This document shows positions 27,388 to 35,631 of a stretch of 37,400 nt of DNA, piece by piece. The notes beneath the pieces are model-generated. The model was not told the DNA's origin. It ran no database searches and saw only the letters and a program-made list of their open reading frames with translations. Location of the stretch: positions 1-37,400 of the forward strand of contig JAXLQJ010000069.1 of the NCBI GenBank assembly GCA_046331705.1, written 5' to 3'. Within the stretch, counting starts at the first letter, position 1; every line of letters begins with the position of its first letter. The DNA comes from a bacterium (GTDB lineage Bacteria > JADJOY01). Both the position numbers and the translations under genes were made by a program.

Positions 27388-27894
27388 TCAGCGCCGCCCG
27401 AGATCCCAGTTGCCGAGATCGGCACCATCCCCCTCGCCGCCGGGCTGGTGGTCCGAACCGAAGCTCCACACGTCGATCTCTCCGTGAACGCCGGGCGAGA
27501 GGTACTGGTACTCGCCGCCCCACGGATCCTTGGGAATGAAGTCGCGCTCCCAGTAGCCGCCGGCTCGATAGTGCGCCGGCGCCGGCGCCGTGCCCGGCGC
27601 GACGACCAGCGCCAGCAGCCCCTGCTCGCTCGTGGGGTAGCGGCCGTTGTCGAGGTTGTAGCTGCGCAGCGCCGCCTCCAGGTTGCTGATCTGGGCCTGC
27701 GTCGCCGTGATGCGCGCCTCGCGGATGTGGCGCACCGTGGGAACGGCGATCATCGTCGTGAACATCGCCATGATCGCGATCGCCACCAGCACTTCGATGA
27801 GCGTGAAGCCGGAGCCGGCCGGCACGCGCAGGCGAACGAGCGAGGAGCCGAAGGGAAGGAGGTTCGAGCTGACCGGGTGCGCAGGGCGTCTCAT
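27388..27894 (-). CDS. gspG: type II secretion major pseudopilin GspG
   Basis: G|FTLIE prepilin site, YNLDNGRYPTSEQGL.AL, PKDPWG..YQY, SFGSD..PGGEG..AD; GGAAAGGA RBS. Confidence 0.92.
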   Translation of the reverse strand: MRRPAHPVSSNLLPFGSSLVRLRVPAGSGFTLIEVLVAIAIMAMFTTMIAVPTVRHIREARITATQAQISNLEAALRSYNLDNGRYPTSEQGLLALVVAPGTAPAPAHYRAGGYWERDFIPKDPWGGEYQYLSPGVHGEIDVWSFGSDHQPGGEGDGADLGNWDLGRR

Positions 27895-27944
27895 GGATCT
27901 TCCTTTCCGAGCGGCATGGCGCCGCTCACGACGAGACGCGAATC

Positions 27945-27999
27945 AAGCTATCAAGTTGATATGAGAGAGTCAACCGATTTACTTGTTATCAATTATTTC
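27945..27999 (-). promoter_or_regulatory. sigma70 promoter of gspG with palindromic operator and IHF-like site
   Basis: TTGACT (27973-27968), 17 bp, TAGCTT (27950-27945); inverted repeat TATCAA-G-TTGATA at 27949-27961; TATCAATTATTTC at 27987-27999. Confidence 0.65.
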
Positions 28000-28094
28000 A
28001 ATTGTCGTCGTCGTGATCCGCCGAGGTGCGTCTGCCTGACGCAGCTCGGCACCGTGGCCTCGCTTGGCTCGAGCGGATAAATAGGCCGCCCGCA

Positions 28095-29279
28095 ATGTTC
28101 CATCCCACCTTCTGGCTCGCGGCCCATGGCGTCTCGCTCGTGGGCTACCTCGCGCTCGCGCGCCGCTGGATTCTCGATCGCGGGCTATTCCCGCGCCTCG
28201 AGCCCCACGGCCCGCTTCCCTGCCCCGACCCCGCGCCGCTGGTGAGCGTGGTGGTGCCGGCGCGCAACGAGGCGGCGACGATGGCGGCCTGCCTCGAGCG
28301 CCTCACCGCCGCCGAGTACGCGGCGCTCGAGATCGTGGTGCTCGACGATCAGTCGACGGATCGCACCGGTGAGATCGCCCGCACCATCGCCGCCCGCGAT
28401 CCGCGGGTGCGGGTCATCACCGGAAGCGAGCGTCCCGAGGGCTGGACCGGCAAGAACTGGGCGATCCACCAGGGCGCCGCCGCCGCCCGCGGCGCCTATC
28501 TGCTGATCGTCGACGCCGACACCGAGCTCGCGCCGCGCGCCATCCCCGAAGCGGTGGCGTGGGCGGAAGCCCACGGCACCGACCTGCTCACCGTGTTCCC
28601 GCGCGTGCGCCTCACGAGCTTCTGGGAGCGGGCGTTTCTACCCACGCTCGGGCTCTTCCCGTCGTATCGACTGGACCGGATCAACGACCCCGCATCCCCG
28701 GATGCCAACGCGGTCGGCTATTTCCTGCTCTTCCGGCGCACGGCGTTCGACGCGATGGGCGGCTACGAATCGATCCGGTCGCGGGTCGGCGAGGATTGGA
28801 TCATCGCCAAGCGCGTGAAGGGCCTGGGCCTCAAGCTCCACATGCTGCTCGCGCCCGAGCTCGTGACCAAGGGCTTCGGCCCCACGCTCGGCGATCTGCG
28901 CCAAGGCTTCGTCAAGAACTTCATGCTGCTCCTCGACGGGCGCCGCCGTCTCGCGGTCGCGATGCTCCCGGTGATCGCGATGCTGGCGCTCTTCCTGTGG
29001 ATGCCGTTTCTGTCGTGGATCCAGGCGATGTCGTGGTGGGGCCGCTACCACGACCAATGGCGGCTCGCCGCCGCGCTGGCGGGCCTCGGCGCCGCGCAGC
29101 TCATGGCGCTTCAATGCGTGCGCCGCGCGATGAGCCTCACCGCGGGGATCGACGAGCGCGGGCTTAGGCTTCAGCCGCTCGGCGCGGCGCTGATCCTCGG
29201 GATGTGGATCGCCGCGATCGTGCGCACCGTGCTGCGCCTCGGCCTCACCTGGCGCGGCCGCACCTATCGGCAGGTGTGA
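28095..29279 (+). CDS. membrane glycosyltransferase family 2 (CrtQ/CruC/HpnB-like), paralog of 24751..25926
   Basis: VSVVVPARNEA, DDQSTDRT, WTGKNWAI, IVDADT, GEDW, WRGRTY. Confidence 0.9.
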   Translation: MFHPTFWLAAHGVSLVGYLALARRWILDRGLFPRLEPHGPLPCPDPAPLVSVVVPARNEAATMAACLERLTAAEYAALEIVVLDDQSTDRTGEIARTIAARDPRVRVITGSERPEGWTGKNWAIHQGAAAARGAYLLIVDADTELAPRAIPEAVAWAEAHGTDLLTVFPRVRLTSFWERAFLPTLGLFPSYRLDRINDPASPDANAVGYFLLFRRTAFDAMGGYESIRSRVGEDWIIAKRVKGLGLKLHMLLAPELVTKGFGPTLGDLRQGFVKNFMLLLDGRRRLAVAMLPVIAMLALFLWMPFLSWIQAMSWWGRYHDQWRLAAALAGLGAAQLMALQCVRRAMSLTAGIDERGLRLQPLGAALILGMWIAAIVRTVLRLGLTWRGRTYRQV

Positions 29280-29318
29280 ACCGCCGCCAGGACGCACCCA
29301 CGGCGTCCGCGACGAACC

Positions 29319-30200
29319 TCAGCGCGGCGATTCTCCCGGCAGTGTCGGCATCACCTCGTCCGGCAGCGTCGCCGGCAGCTCCCAGCGATCCTTGCGCTTG
29401 CCCGTGACGCTCGGGTCGTCGCTGCCGAGCTCGATCAGCTTGCGACGGATCGCTTCCTTGAGATCGCCCTTCGGCGCGAGCTCGAACGCCTTGCGGTAGG
29501 CGGCGATCGCGTCGTCGTTCTTGCCGAGCCGCCGCAGCACGTCGCCTTTCTGATCGAACGCGGGTGGGTAGCTCGGCGCGTCGCTGGTGGCGCGGATGCA
29601 CTCGCGCAACGCGACCTCGGTTCGTCCCGCGGCGGCGAGCGTCTGGCAGAGCGCCGTCCGGAGGACGCCGTCGGTCGGCTTGAGGTCGAGCGCCTTCCAG
29701 TACGTCGCGATCGCGTCGTCGACCTTCCCTTGGCCTGCGTACGCGGCAGCCAGATTGGAGAGCACGGCCTCGGGGGTCGCGTACTGCTTCTCGGGTGCCA
29801 GCGCCGATTGGAAATCCTGGATCGCCTCGTCGAAGCGACGGTCGCGCAGCCGCGCGACACCGCGCACGTTGAGCAGCTCCGGATCGCCGGGCGCGGTCGC
29901 CAAGCCGGCGTCGGCGGCCTCGACCGCGCGACCGTACTCGCCCCGCTCGATCATCACCACCGCGCGCAGATAGTGGATCTGTCGATCCTGCGGCGACTTG
30001 ATGCGCGCCTGCTCCAGGTTCTTGAGCGCCGACTCGTAACGCCCGGCGCGATAGTCGTTGAGCGCCACCTGCACGAGGAAACCCGCGTCCTGCGCGCTCT
30101 TGCGCGCCGTCTCGGACGCGTCCTTGGGGCAGCCCGCCAGAACCGCGCACGCGAGCGCCGCCGCGGCCAGCCTGCGAATGGGCATGCCGAGCTCCGTCAT
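29319..30200 (-). CDS. TPR-repeat lipoprotein (Tgl/PilF/PilW pilotin-like)
   Basis: Lipobox LAGC; tandem TPRs; AL...QYATPE.VLSNL segment typical of PilF/Tgl; ATGA overlap with the kinase stop. Confidence 0.82.
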   Translation of the reverse strand: MTELGMPIRRLAAAALACAVLAGCPKDASETARKSAQDAGFLVQVALNDYRAGRYESALKNLEQARIKSPQDRQIHYLRAVVMIERGEYGRAVEAADAGLATAPGDPELLNVRGVARLRDRRFDEAIQDFQSALAPEKQYATPEAVLSNLAAAYAGQGKVDDAIATYWKALDLKPTDGVLRTALCQTLAAAGRTEVALRECIRATSDAPSYPPAFDQKGDVLRRLGKNDDAIAAYRKAFELAPKGDLKEAIRRKLIELGSDDPSVTGKRKDRWELPATLPDEVMPTLPGESPR

Positions 30201-32320
30201 GGCACGTGGACCTCCTGGCCATGCCGAACGCGCACGGTCGACGCGATCGTACGCCCGTCGGCGAGCACCATGCGCACGGGATGACTTCCGATCGAGAGCT
30301 CGAAACGGCGGCGCGGCTCGAGCTTGCCGTCCACGCGCAGCTCGCGGACGCCGTCGTCGACGACCACCGTGCCCGCGAACTTGAAGAGCTTGCGCACGTG
30401 ATCGTCGGCGAGCACGTCCACCGACACCGTCTCGTCGAGATCGACCTGCGGGTTCACGAATCGGAACCGATGGATGCCCGCGCTGGTCGAGTGGCCAACC
30501 AGCGGTGTCTGGCCGAGCGGCTCGTTCTGCCCGTCCTGGTACACGATGCTGAACGGCTCCGTGTTGAGCGTCACCAGACCGCTCAACGACGCGCGCCGCA
30601 GCTCGTAGCGCAACACGTTGGCGCGGGCGGCCTCGATGTTCACGGTGGTCGCGATGGTCTGGAAGCCCGCCTTCTCGACCCGCACCGTGTACCGCCCCGG
30701 CTTGACCGATACGGTCTGCGGCGACGTGAAGACCTGCGGTCCGATGCTCACGGACGCGCCCGCCGGATCGGTGGCGATCTGCACGGTGACCGGCTTGGGC
30801 ACCAGCTCGACCTCCACGGCGACGCCCGGCGCATTGGCGTCGACCACGATGGGCGTGGTGCGAGGGTCGTAGCCGTCCTTCTCGAGCCGAATCGAGCGCC
30901 GACCCACCGCGACCTCGAGCCGCGCCGGCGTGGTCTTGTGCGTGTCGCTGCCATCGAGCCAGATCGCCGCTCCGGGCGGACGCGACGTCACCTCCACCGG
31001 CCGAGCCGCGGGATAGGCCGACGACGGACCCGCCGCGCCGCCGCTCACTCCGGCGTTCGGCCCCACCTCCGGCGCATCGCTCGGCGCCACCACCACCTGG
31101 GGCACCGCCGCCGTGGCGTTCGTTGGAGCGCCGAGCGCTCCGGCACCCGCATCGTCGGCGCCCTTCCAGCCGAAACGCTTCACGAGCGCGCTGCCGCCGA
31201 CGAACAAGCCGACCACGAGCGCCGCCACCAGCAGGAATCGGCTCAACGACACCGGCTCGCTGCCGGGCAACGGCCCGGGCGCCGACGTGACGCGTCGCGG
31301 TGGCACCGGCGCGGGCGTGGCACCGAGGCCGAGCGGTGGCTCTTGCTCCATCCAATCGGCGAGCGACTCGGATTCCGCGAACAGCCCGCGCAGGAAGCGC
31401 GCGCGCTCGTGCGGGCCCGAGACCAGCCCGAGCAGCGTCATCACGTCCGCGATGGCGAGCTCCATCTCGCGGCCGCTCTGGAAGCGCTCCTTGCGCGAGC
31501 GCGCCAGCGCCTTGAGCAGCAGGTCCTCCACCTCGACGGGGATGTCGGGGTTCACGTCGCGCGGCATCGGCACGTCGACCTGCTGGATGCGCTCGATGGT
31601 CTCCGGAAGGCTCACGTCGTCGGGGAAGAGCTTGCGCCCGGTGAGCAGCTCGAACAGGATCACGCCGACCGAGAAGAGATCCGAGCGATGGTCGAGCGCG
31701 TCACCCGAGATCTGCTCGGGCGACATGTACGAGAGCTTGCCTTTGACGGTGCCCGCGGTGGTCTCGCTCGAGATCAGCGAAGCCTTGGCGATGCCGAAGT
31801 CGGTGATCTTCACCTCGCCGTCGAAGCTCACCAACACGTTCTGCGGCGACACGTCGCGGTGGATGATCTCGAGCGGCGTGCCGTCGTAGGCGGAACGGCC
31901 GTGCGCGTAGCCGAGGCCGGCGCACGCCTCCCGCACGATGCCGAGGGCGTGCTCGAGCGGCAGCACGCCGCCCGTCGCGCCGACGCGATCGAGGATGTCG
32001 CGCAGGTTCTTGCCGTGCACGTACTCCATCGAGATGAAGTACGTGTCGCCGAGGCGACCGAAGTCGAAGATCTGGACGACGTTGGCGTGGTTGAGCTGGG
32101 CCGCGAGCTTGGCCTCGTTCAGGAACATCGCCACCGAGCGCTCGTCGCGCATCAGGTGAGGCAGCATGCGCTTGAGCGCGACCAGCTTCTCGAAGCCGCC
32201 GGGTCCCACGCGCTTGGCGAGGAAGATCTCGCCCATCCCTCCCGCGGCGATGCTGCGGAGGATGCGGTATTGCCCGAATCGGGGAAGCGAATCTGGCGAG
32301 GGCGCGGCCACGGGGGCCAT
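30197..32320 (-). CDS. membrane-spanning Ser/Thr protein kinase with PEGA repeats
   Basis: AAGGMGEIF, VALKRML, HRDVSPQN, DFGIAK, GKLSYMSPEQ; TM FLLVAALVVGLFVGG; PEGA repeats (VTSRPPGAAIWLDG, IATDPAGASV). Start uncertain. Confidence 0.93.
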   Translation of the reverse strand: MAPVAAPSPDSLPRFGQYRILRSIAAGGMGEIFLAKRVGPGGFEKLVALKRMLPHLMRDERSVAMFLNEAKLAAQLNHANVVQIFDFGRLGDTYFISMEYVHGKNLRDILDRVGATGGVLPLEHALGIVREACAGLGYAHGRSAYDGTPLEIIHRDVSPQNVLVSFDGEVKITDFGIAKASLISSETTAGTVKGKLSYMSPEQISGDALDHRSDLFSVGVILFELLTGRKLFPDDVSLPETIERIQQVDVPMPRDVNPDIPVEVEDLLLKALARSRKERFQSGREMELAIADVMTLLGLVSGPHERARFLRGLFAESESLADWMEQEPPLGLGATPAPVPPRRVTSAPGPLPGSEPVSLSRFLLVAALVVGLFVGGSALVKRFGWKGADDAGAGALGAPTNATAAVPQVVVAPSDAPEVGPNAGVSGGAAGPSSAYPAARPVEVTSRPPGAAIWLDGSDTHKTTPARLEVAVGRRSIRLEKDGYDPRTTPIVVDANAPGVAVEVELVPKPVTVQIATDPAGASVSIGPQVFTSPQTVSVKPGRYTVRVEKAGFQTIATTVNIEAARANVLRYELRRASLSGLVTLNTEPFSIVYQDGQNEPLGQTPLVGHSTSAGIHRFRFVNPQVDLDETVSVDVLADDHVRKLFKFAGTVVVDDGVRELRVDGKLEPRRRFELSIGSHPVRMVLADGRTIASTVRVRHGQEVHVP

Positions 32321-32654
32321 GGGACGTTCGACGGAGGCGAGTGCGTTTCGATCAGGGCCGGCGTGCAGCCCCACGATGATGCTCACCCGAGCCTCGCCGG
32401 GCGGCGCCGCGCTCGATCCCTTCATGGCGACGCGCGCGTGGCGCATCGATTCGGGGAGCACGTCGTTCGCTCGTCGCCATCGCGCGCTCTATTTAGCCCG
32501 CCCCCCTAGACCGCGCAAGGAACGCGGCATCGCCGCTCGAGCACCCGACGATGTGCGCGCGCATTGCGACCGTGAGCGACGCGTGCTTCAATCGGTCCCC
32601 CGGTGCGCCCGCGCGAGCTCGACCTCGGGCCCGCGCTTGCGAGCGAGATGAGCC

Positions 32655-33041
32655 ATGGAAAACAAGACCTTCGTCTACGACAAGCCGTCGATCGGCGCCG
32701 ACGATCTGAAGATCCCGCCCAACATCCGCGCCACGCTGAAGGTGCTGAGCGGCACCGAGCAGGGGCGCACCTTCCCGCTCAGCCTGAGCACCACGGTGAT
32801 CGGACGCGGCGAGCAAGCCGACGTCCGCGTCGACGACGACGCCATGTCGCGGCGCCATACCGAGATCTCCTATCGCAACCTCGAGTTCCGGGTGCGCGAC
32901 CTGGAATCGAGCAACGGCACCTTCCTCAACGGCTCCGAGGTCAAGGAATACGCACTGCGCAACGGCGACAAGATCATGGCCGGCGAGACGCTCTTTCTCT
33001 TCGCCGTGGATCGGGTCGGCGCACCACCCAAGATGACGTGA
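32655..33041 (+). CDS. FHA domain protein
   Basis: VIGRG, MSRRH, DLESSNGTFLNG, LRNGDKI. Confidence 0.93.
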   Translation: MENKTFVYDKPSIGADDLKIPPNIRATLKVLSGTEQGRTFPLSLSTTVIGRGEQADVRVDDDAMSRRHTEISYRNLEFRVRDLESSNGTFLNGSEVKEYALRNGDKIMAGETLFLFAVDRVGAPPKMT

Positions 33042-33689
33042 GCCGGCGCGCAGCGACCGCCCAGACCCGGGCGTGACCGGCCGCGAGGGTGCGCGCGAAA
33101 AGCGCCCTGGCGCTAAGTGGTTGTGGGAATCGCGCCGGTGGACACGCCGGTGAACGAGACGGCGCACCAGCCGTGGTCCGCGCCTCGCGCTCCCGTCCGT
33201 CATCCGCAACCCCGGCTGCGCGTGGCCCGCGACCCGGTAGAATCGGCCACTCGGGAGGCGCGCCCCGGGACGCGCGACGCGGGGACACTTCTCGTGGACA
33301 GGCGGGCCGCCGTTGGGCGTCGGTCGCGGAGCCGCGCGGTGGGGCATTCACCCGCTCGCCTCGGCGCTGCCGCGATCTCGTTCGTGGCGCTCGCACGTGT
33401 GCCTGCCCCTCGGGCCTGGGTCGACTCGCGAGCCGCGCTGTGACGGCGCGGCGCGGACGCGGCTCGGCGCCACCGCGCGGCGCGAGGGCCCTGCCCGCTG
33501 GGCGCCAGCGCGGCCGGCGCCGAGGACGTGCCGCGCTTCCCTGTCCGACGCCCGGCGCTCGAGCGGACGATTCGCGTGCTCTGCCGGCCGACCCAGGTCC
33601 GTGCTGCGTGCGACGGGGTCGGAATGGCGCTGGCGCACGCCGCGAGCACGTCGCGAGATCGCGCGCGATCGCGCCAAAACAAGGGGGAT

Positions 33690-34020
33690 TCGAGCCTGTG
33701 GATGGCTGCCCACCCCCCCACAGAGAAATTTCGACTAATTTCGATCTCGATCTCAATGGATCTAGAAAAATCGATCTCGTCTGGGCACAGAAAGTTGTGC
33801 ACAAGCTGTTCAGAACCGGCGCATAACGAGATAACTCGCCGAGATCATTTACGCTTCGCGTCGAGCCCGCCGAGACCCGCCAAATCCCGCGTTTCCCGGC
33901 ACCTGAGCCCCACGATTTCGCGAAATCCGCGCGCTTCGCGGTGTGGATGATTCACTGCGCCGACACCTCCGCGACACACGGCGATACGCGCCTTGCCCCT
34001 TCGCTCACGATCTGGATAAT
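33690..34020. other. oriC-like region / DnaA-box cluster with AT-rich GATC-repeat element
   Basis: Box-like 9-mers TGTGGATGG (33697), CTGGGCACA (33781), TTGTGCACA (33795), TGTGGATGA (33942), TCTGGATAA (34011); AT-rich 33725-33780 with GATC at 33743, 33749, 33759 and 33773; directly upstream of dnaA. Confidence 0.55.
33993..34020 (+). promoter_or_regulatory. putative dnaA promoter overlapped by a DnaA-box-like site
   Basis: TTGCCC, 16 bp, GATAAT; TCTGGATAA covers the -10. Confidence 0.4.
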
Positions 34021-34076
34021 GCGCGGGTCTCGAATCAGCATCTCGTCACCCCCCACCAGTCGTCGTCCCTTTCGCG

Positions 34077-35555
34077 ATGAGCCCAGCTCAAGAGATCTGG
34101 CGCCAGACCCTCACCAACCTCGAGGCCCACGTGGCCCCGCATCTGGTCGAGCTTTGGCTGCGACCGCTGCGTCTGGTGCGCCTCGAGGACGAGAAGGTGG
34201 TGGTGTCGGCGCCCAATCAGTTCACGCACGATTGGGTGCGGGAGCACTTCCTGCGCGAGCTCGAGCAATCGTTGCCCGACCGCACCGGCCGCCCGTACCA
34301 GCTCGTGCTGACCTTCGGCGAGGACGCGACCGACGACCCCGCCGAGCCGCCAGACCGCGCGCCTTCCCGCCCGCTCTACCTGGTTCCACCGAAACGCGCT
34401 GGAGTGGCAGCGGGCGCGGCGCTCGCGGCAGCAGGGCACGTCCCCGTGGGCGCGCGTCCCCCAGCAGCGCGCCCCACCGCTCCGCCGGCGCGCTCGACCC
34501 ATCCCCTGCCGGCCGCCGCGCGCTTGCTCACGTTCGAGCGGTTCGTGGTCGGCCCCAGCAATCGCCTGGCGGTCGCCGCGGCGCGCGCCATCGTCGAAGC
34601 ACCGGAGGTGCGGTTCAACCCGCTCTTCCTCAACGCACCCGTGGGGCTCGGCAAGACGCACCTCGCGTGCGCCGTGGTGAACGAGCTCATCCGGCTGCGG
34701 CCGCGAACGCGCGTGGCGTTCGCGCCCGCGGAGCGCTACCTGGCGGACATGGTCGCGGCCATCGCCCAGGGCCGCATCGAGAGCTTCAAGGAGCGCTATC
34801 GCCGCAACGTCGACTTGCTGGTGGTGGACGACGTGCAGTTCCTGGCGGGCAAGAAGCGCACGCAGTCGGAGTTCTTCCACGCGCTCGACGAGCTCTTCGC
34901 CGACGGCAAGCAGGTGCTGCTCACCGGCAATGGCAATCCGGCGTCGATCCCCGACCTCGCCGAGCCGCTGCGCTCACGGCTCGGCGCGGGCCTGGTCGTG
35001 GAGATCGATCCACCCGAGCACGGCACGCGCGTGGCGATCGTCGCCGGACGAGCGACCGAGCGCGGCGTCCCGTTGCCCGAGGGCGTGGCCGAGGCCGTCG
35101 CGTCGGTCGCGACGGTGAGCGTCCGCGATCTGGAAGGGGCGCTCAATCGCGTGCTGGCGCTGGCCTCGTTGACGGGTGAGCCCGTCACCCTTCCACTCGC
35201 CGAGGAAGCGCTCAAGCCCTACCGCAAACGCCAGGCGGCCACGCTCACCCCGGAGCGGATCATGGCCGCCGTCGCGCGCGCCTGGGGCCTCGACCCCGCG
35301 CGGCTGCGGGCTCGCTCGCGGCGGCGGGAGGTGCTGATCCCGCGGCAGGTGGTGCTCTACTTCTGCCGCAAGTACACGCCCGCGAGCCTCGCCAGCATCG
35401 GCGAGCTGGTGGGACGGAACCACTCGTCGGTCATCCACTCGCTCACCACCCTCGAGAAGCGATTGCTCTCGGACCGCAGCCTGCGCCAGAAGGTCGAGTT
35501 CATCGAGCAGCGCCTGCTCACGGAACCGGCCACCGAGGACGTGACCAACCTCTGA
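34077..35555 (+). CDS. dnaA: chromosomal replication initiator DnaA (divergent, possibly a second paralog)
   Basis: All four domains: APNQF..DWV, TFERFVVGPSNRLA, FNPLFL, GLGKTHL, DLLVVDDVQFL, LRSR, VRDLEGAL, PRQ..Y, GRNHSSVIHS. Confidence 0.92.
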   Translation: MSPAQEIWRQTLTNLEAHVAPHLVELWLRPLRLVRLEDEKVVVSAPNQFTHDWVREHFLRELEQSLPDRTGRPYQLVLTFGEDATDDPAEPPDRAPSRPLYLVPPKRAGVAAGAALAAAGHVPVGARPPAARPTAPPARSTHPLPAAARLLTFERFVVGPSNRLAVAAARAIVEAPEVRFNPLFLNAPVGLGKTHLACAVVNELIRLRPRTRVAFAPAERYLADMVAAIAQGRIESFKERYRRNVDLLVVDDVQFLAGKKRTQSEFFHALDELFADGKQVLLTGNGNPASIPDLAEPLRSRLGAGLVVEIDPPEHGTRVAIVAGRATERGVPLPEGVAEAVASVATVSVRDLEGALNRVLALASLTGEPVTLPLAEEALKPYRKRQAATLTPERIMAAVARAWGLDPARLRARSRRREVLIPRQVVLYFCRKYTPASLASIGELVGRNHSSVIHSLTTLEKRLLSDRSLRQKVEFIEQRLLTEPATEDVTNL

Positions 35556-35631
35556 CGAGCGCCGGTGCGCGGATCGTCGACCGCCTGGCGCGGTTCCGTG
35601 CGCACGCTCCCGTCGCGATCTCCCCCCCGCC

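Noticed and set aside
27949-27961. FNR box at the gspG promoter
   Set aside because: FNR needs TTGAT-N4-ATCAA; here the half-sites are in the opposite order with a 1-bp spacer.
22839-32509. Long ORFs 22839..25061 (extension), 24571..26052, 25880..27523, 29319..31355 (extension) and 30206..32509
   Set aside because: Antisense or off-frame shadows of well-supported genes, with no motifs of their own.
33042-34076. ORFs in the dnaA upstream region, and an expected rpmH
   Set aside because: The ORFs lack codon bias and motifs; I found no MKRT..P-type L34 reading frame.
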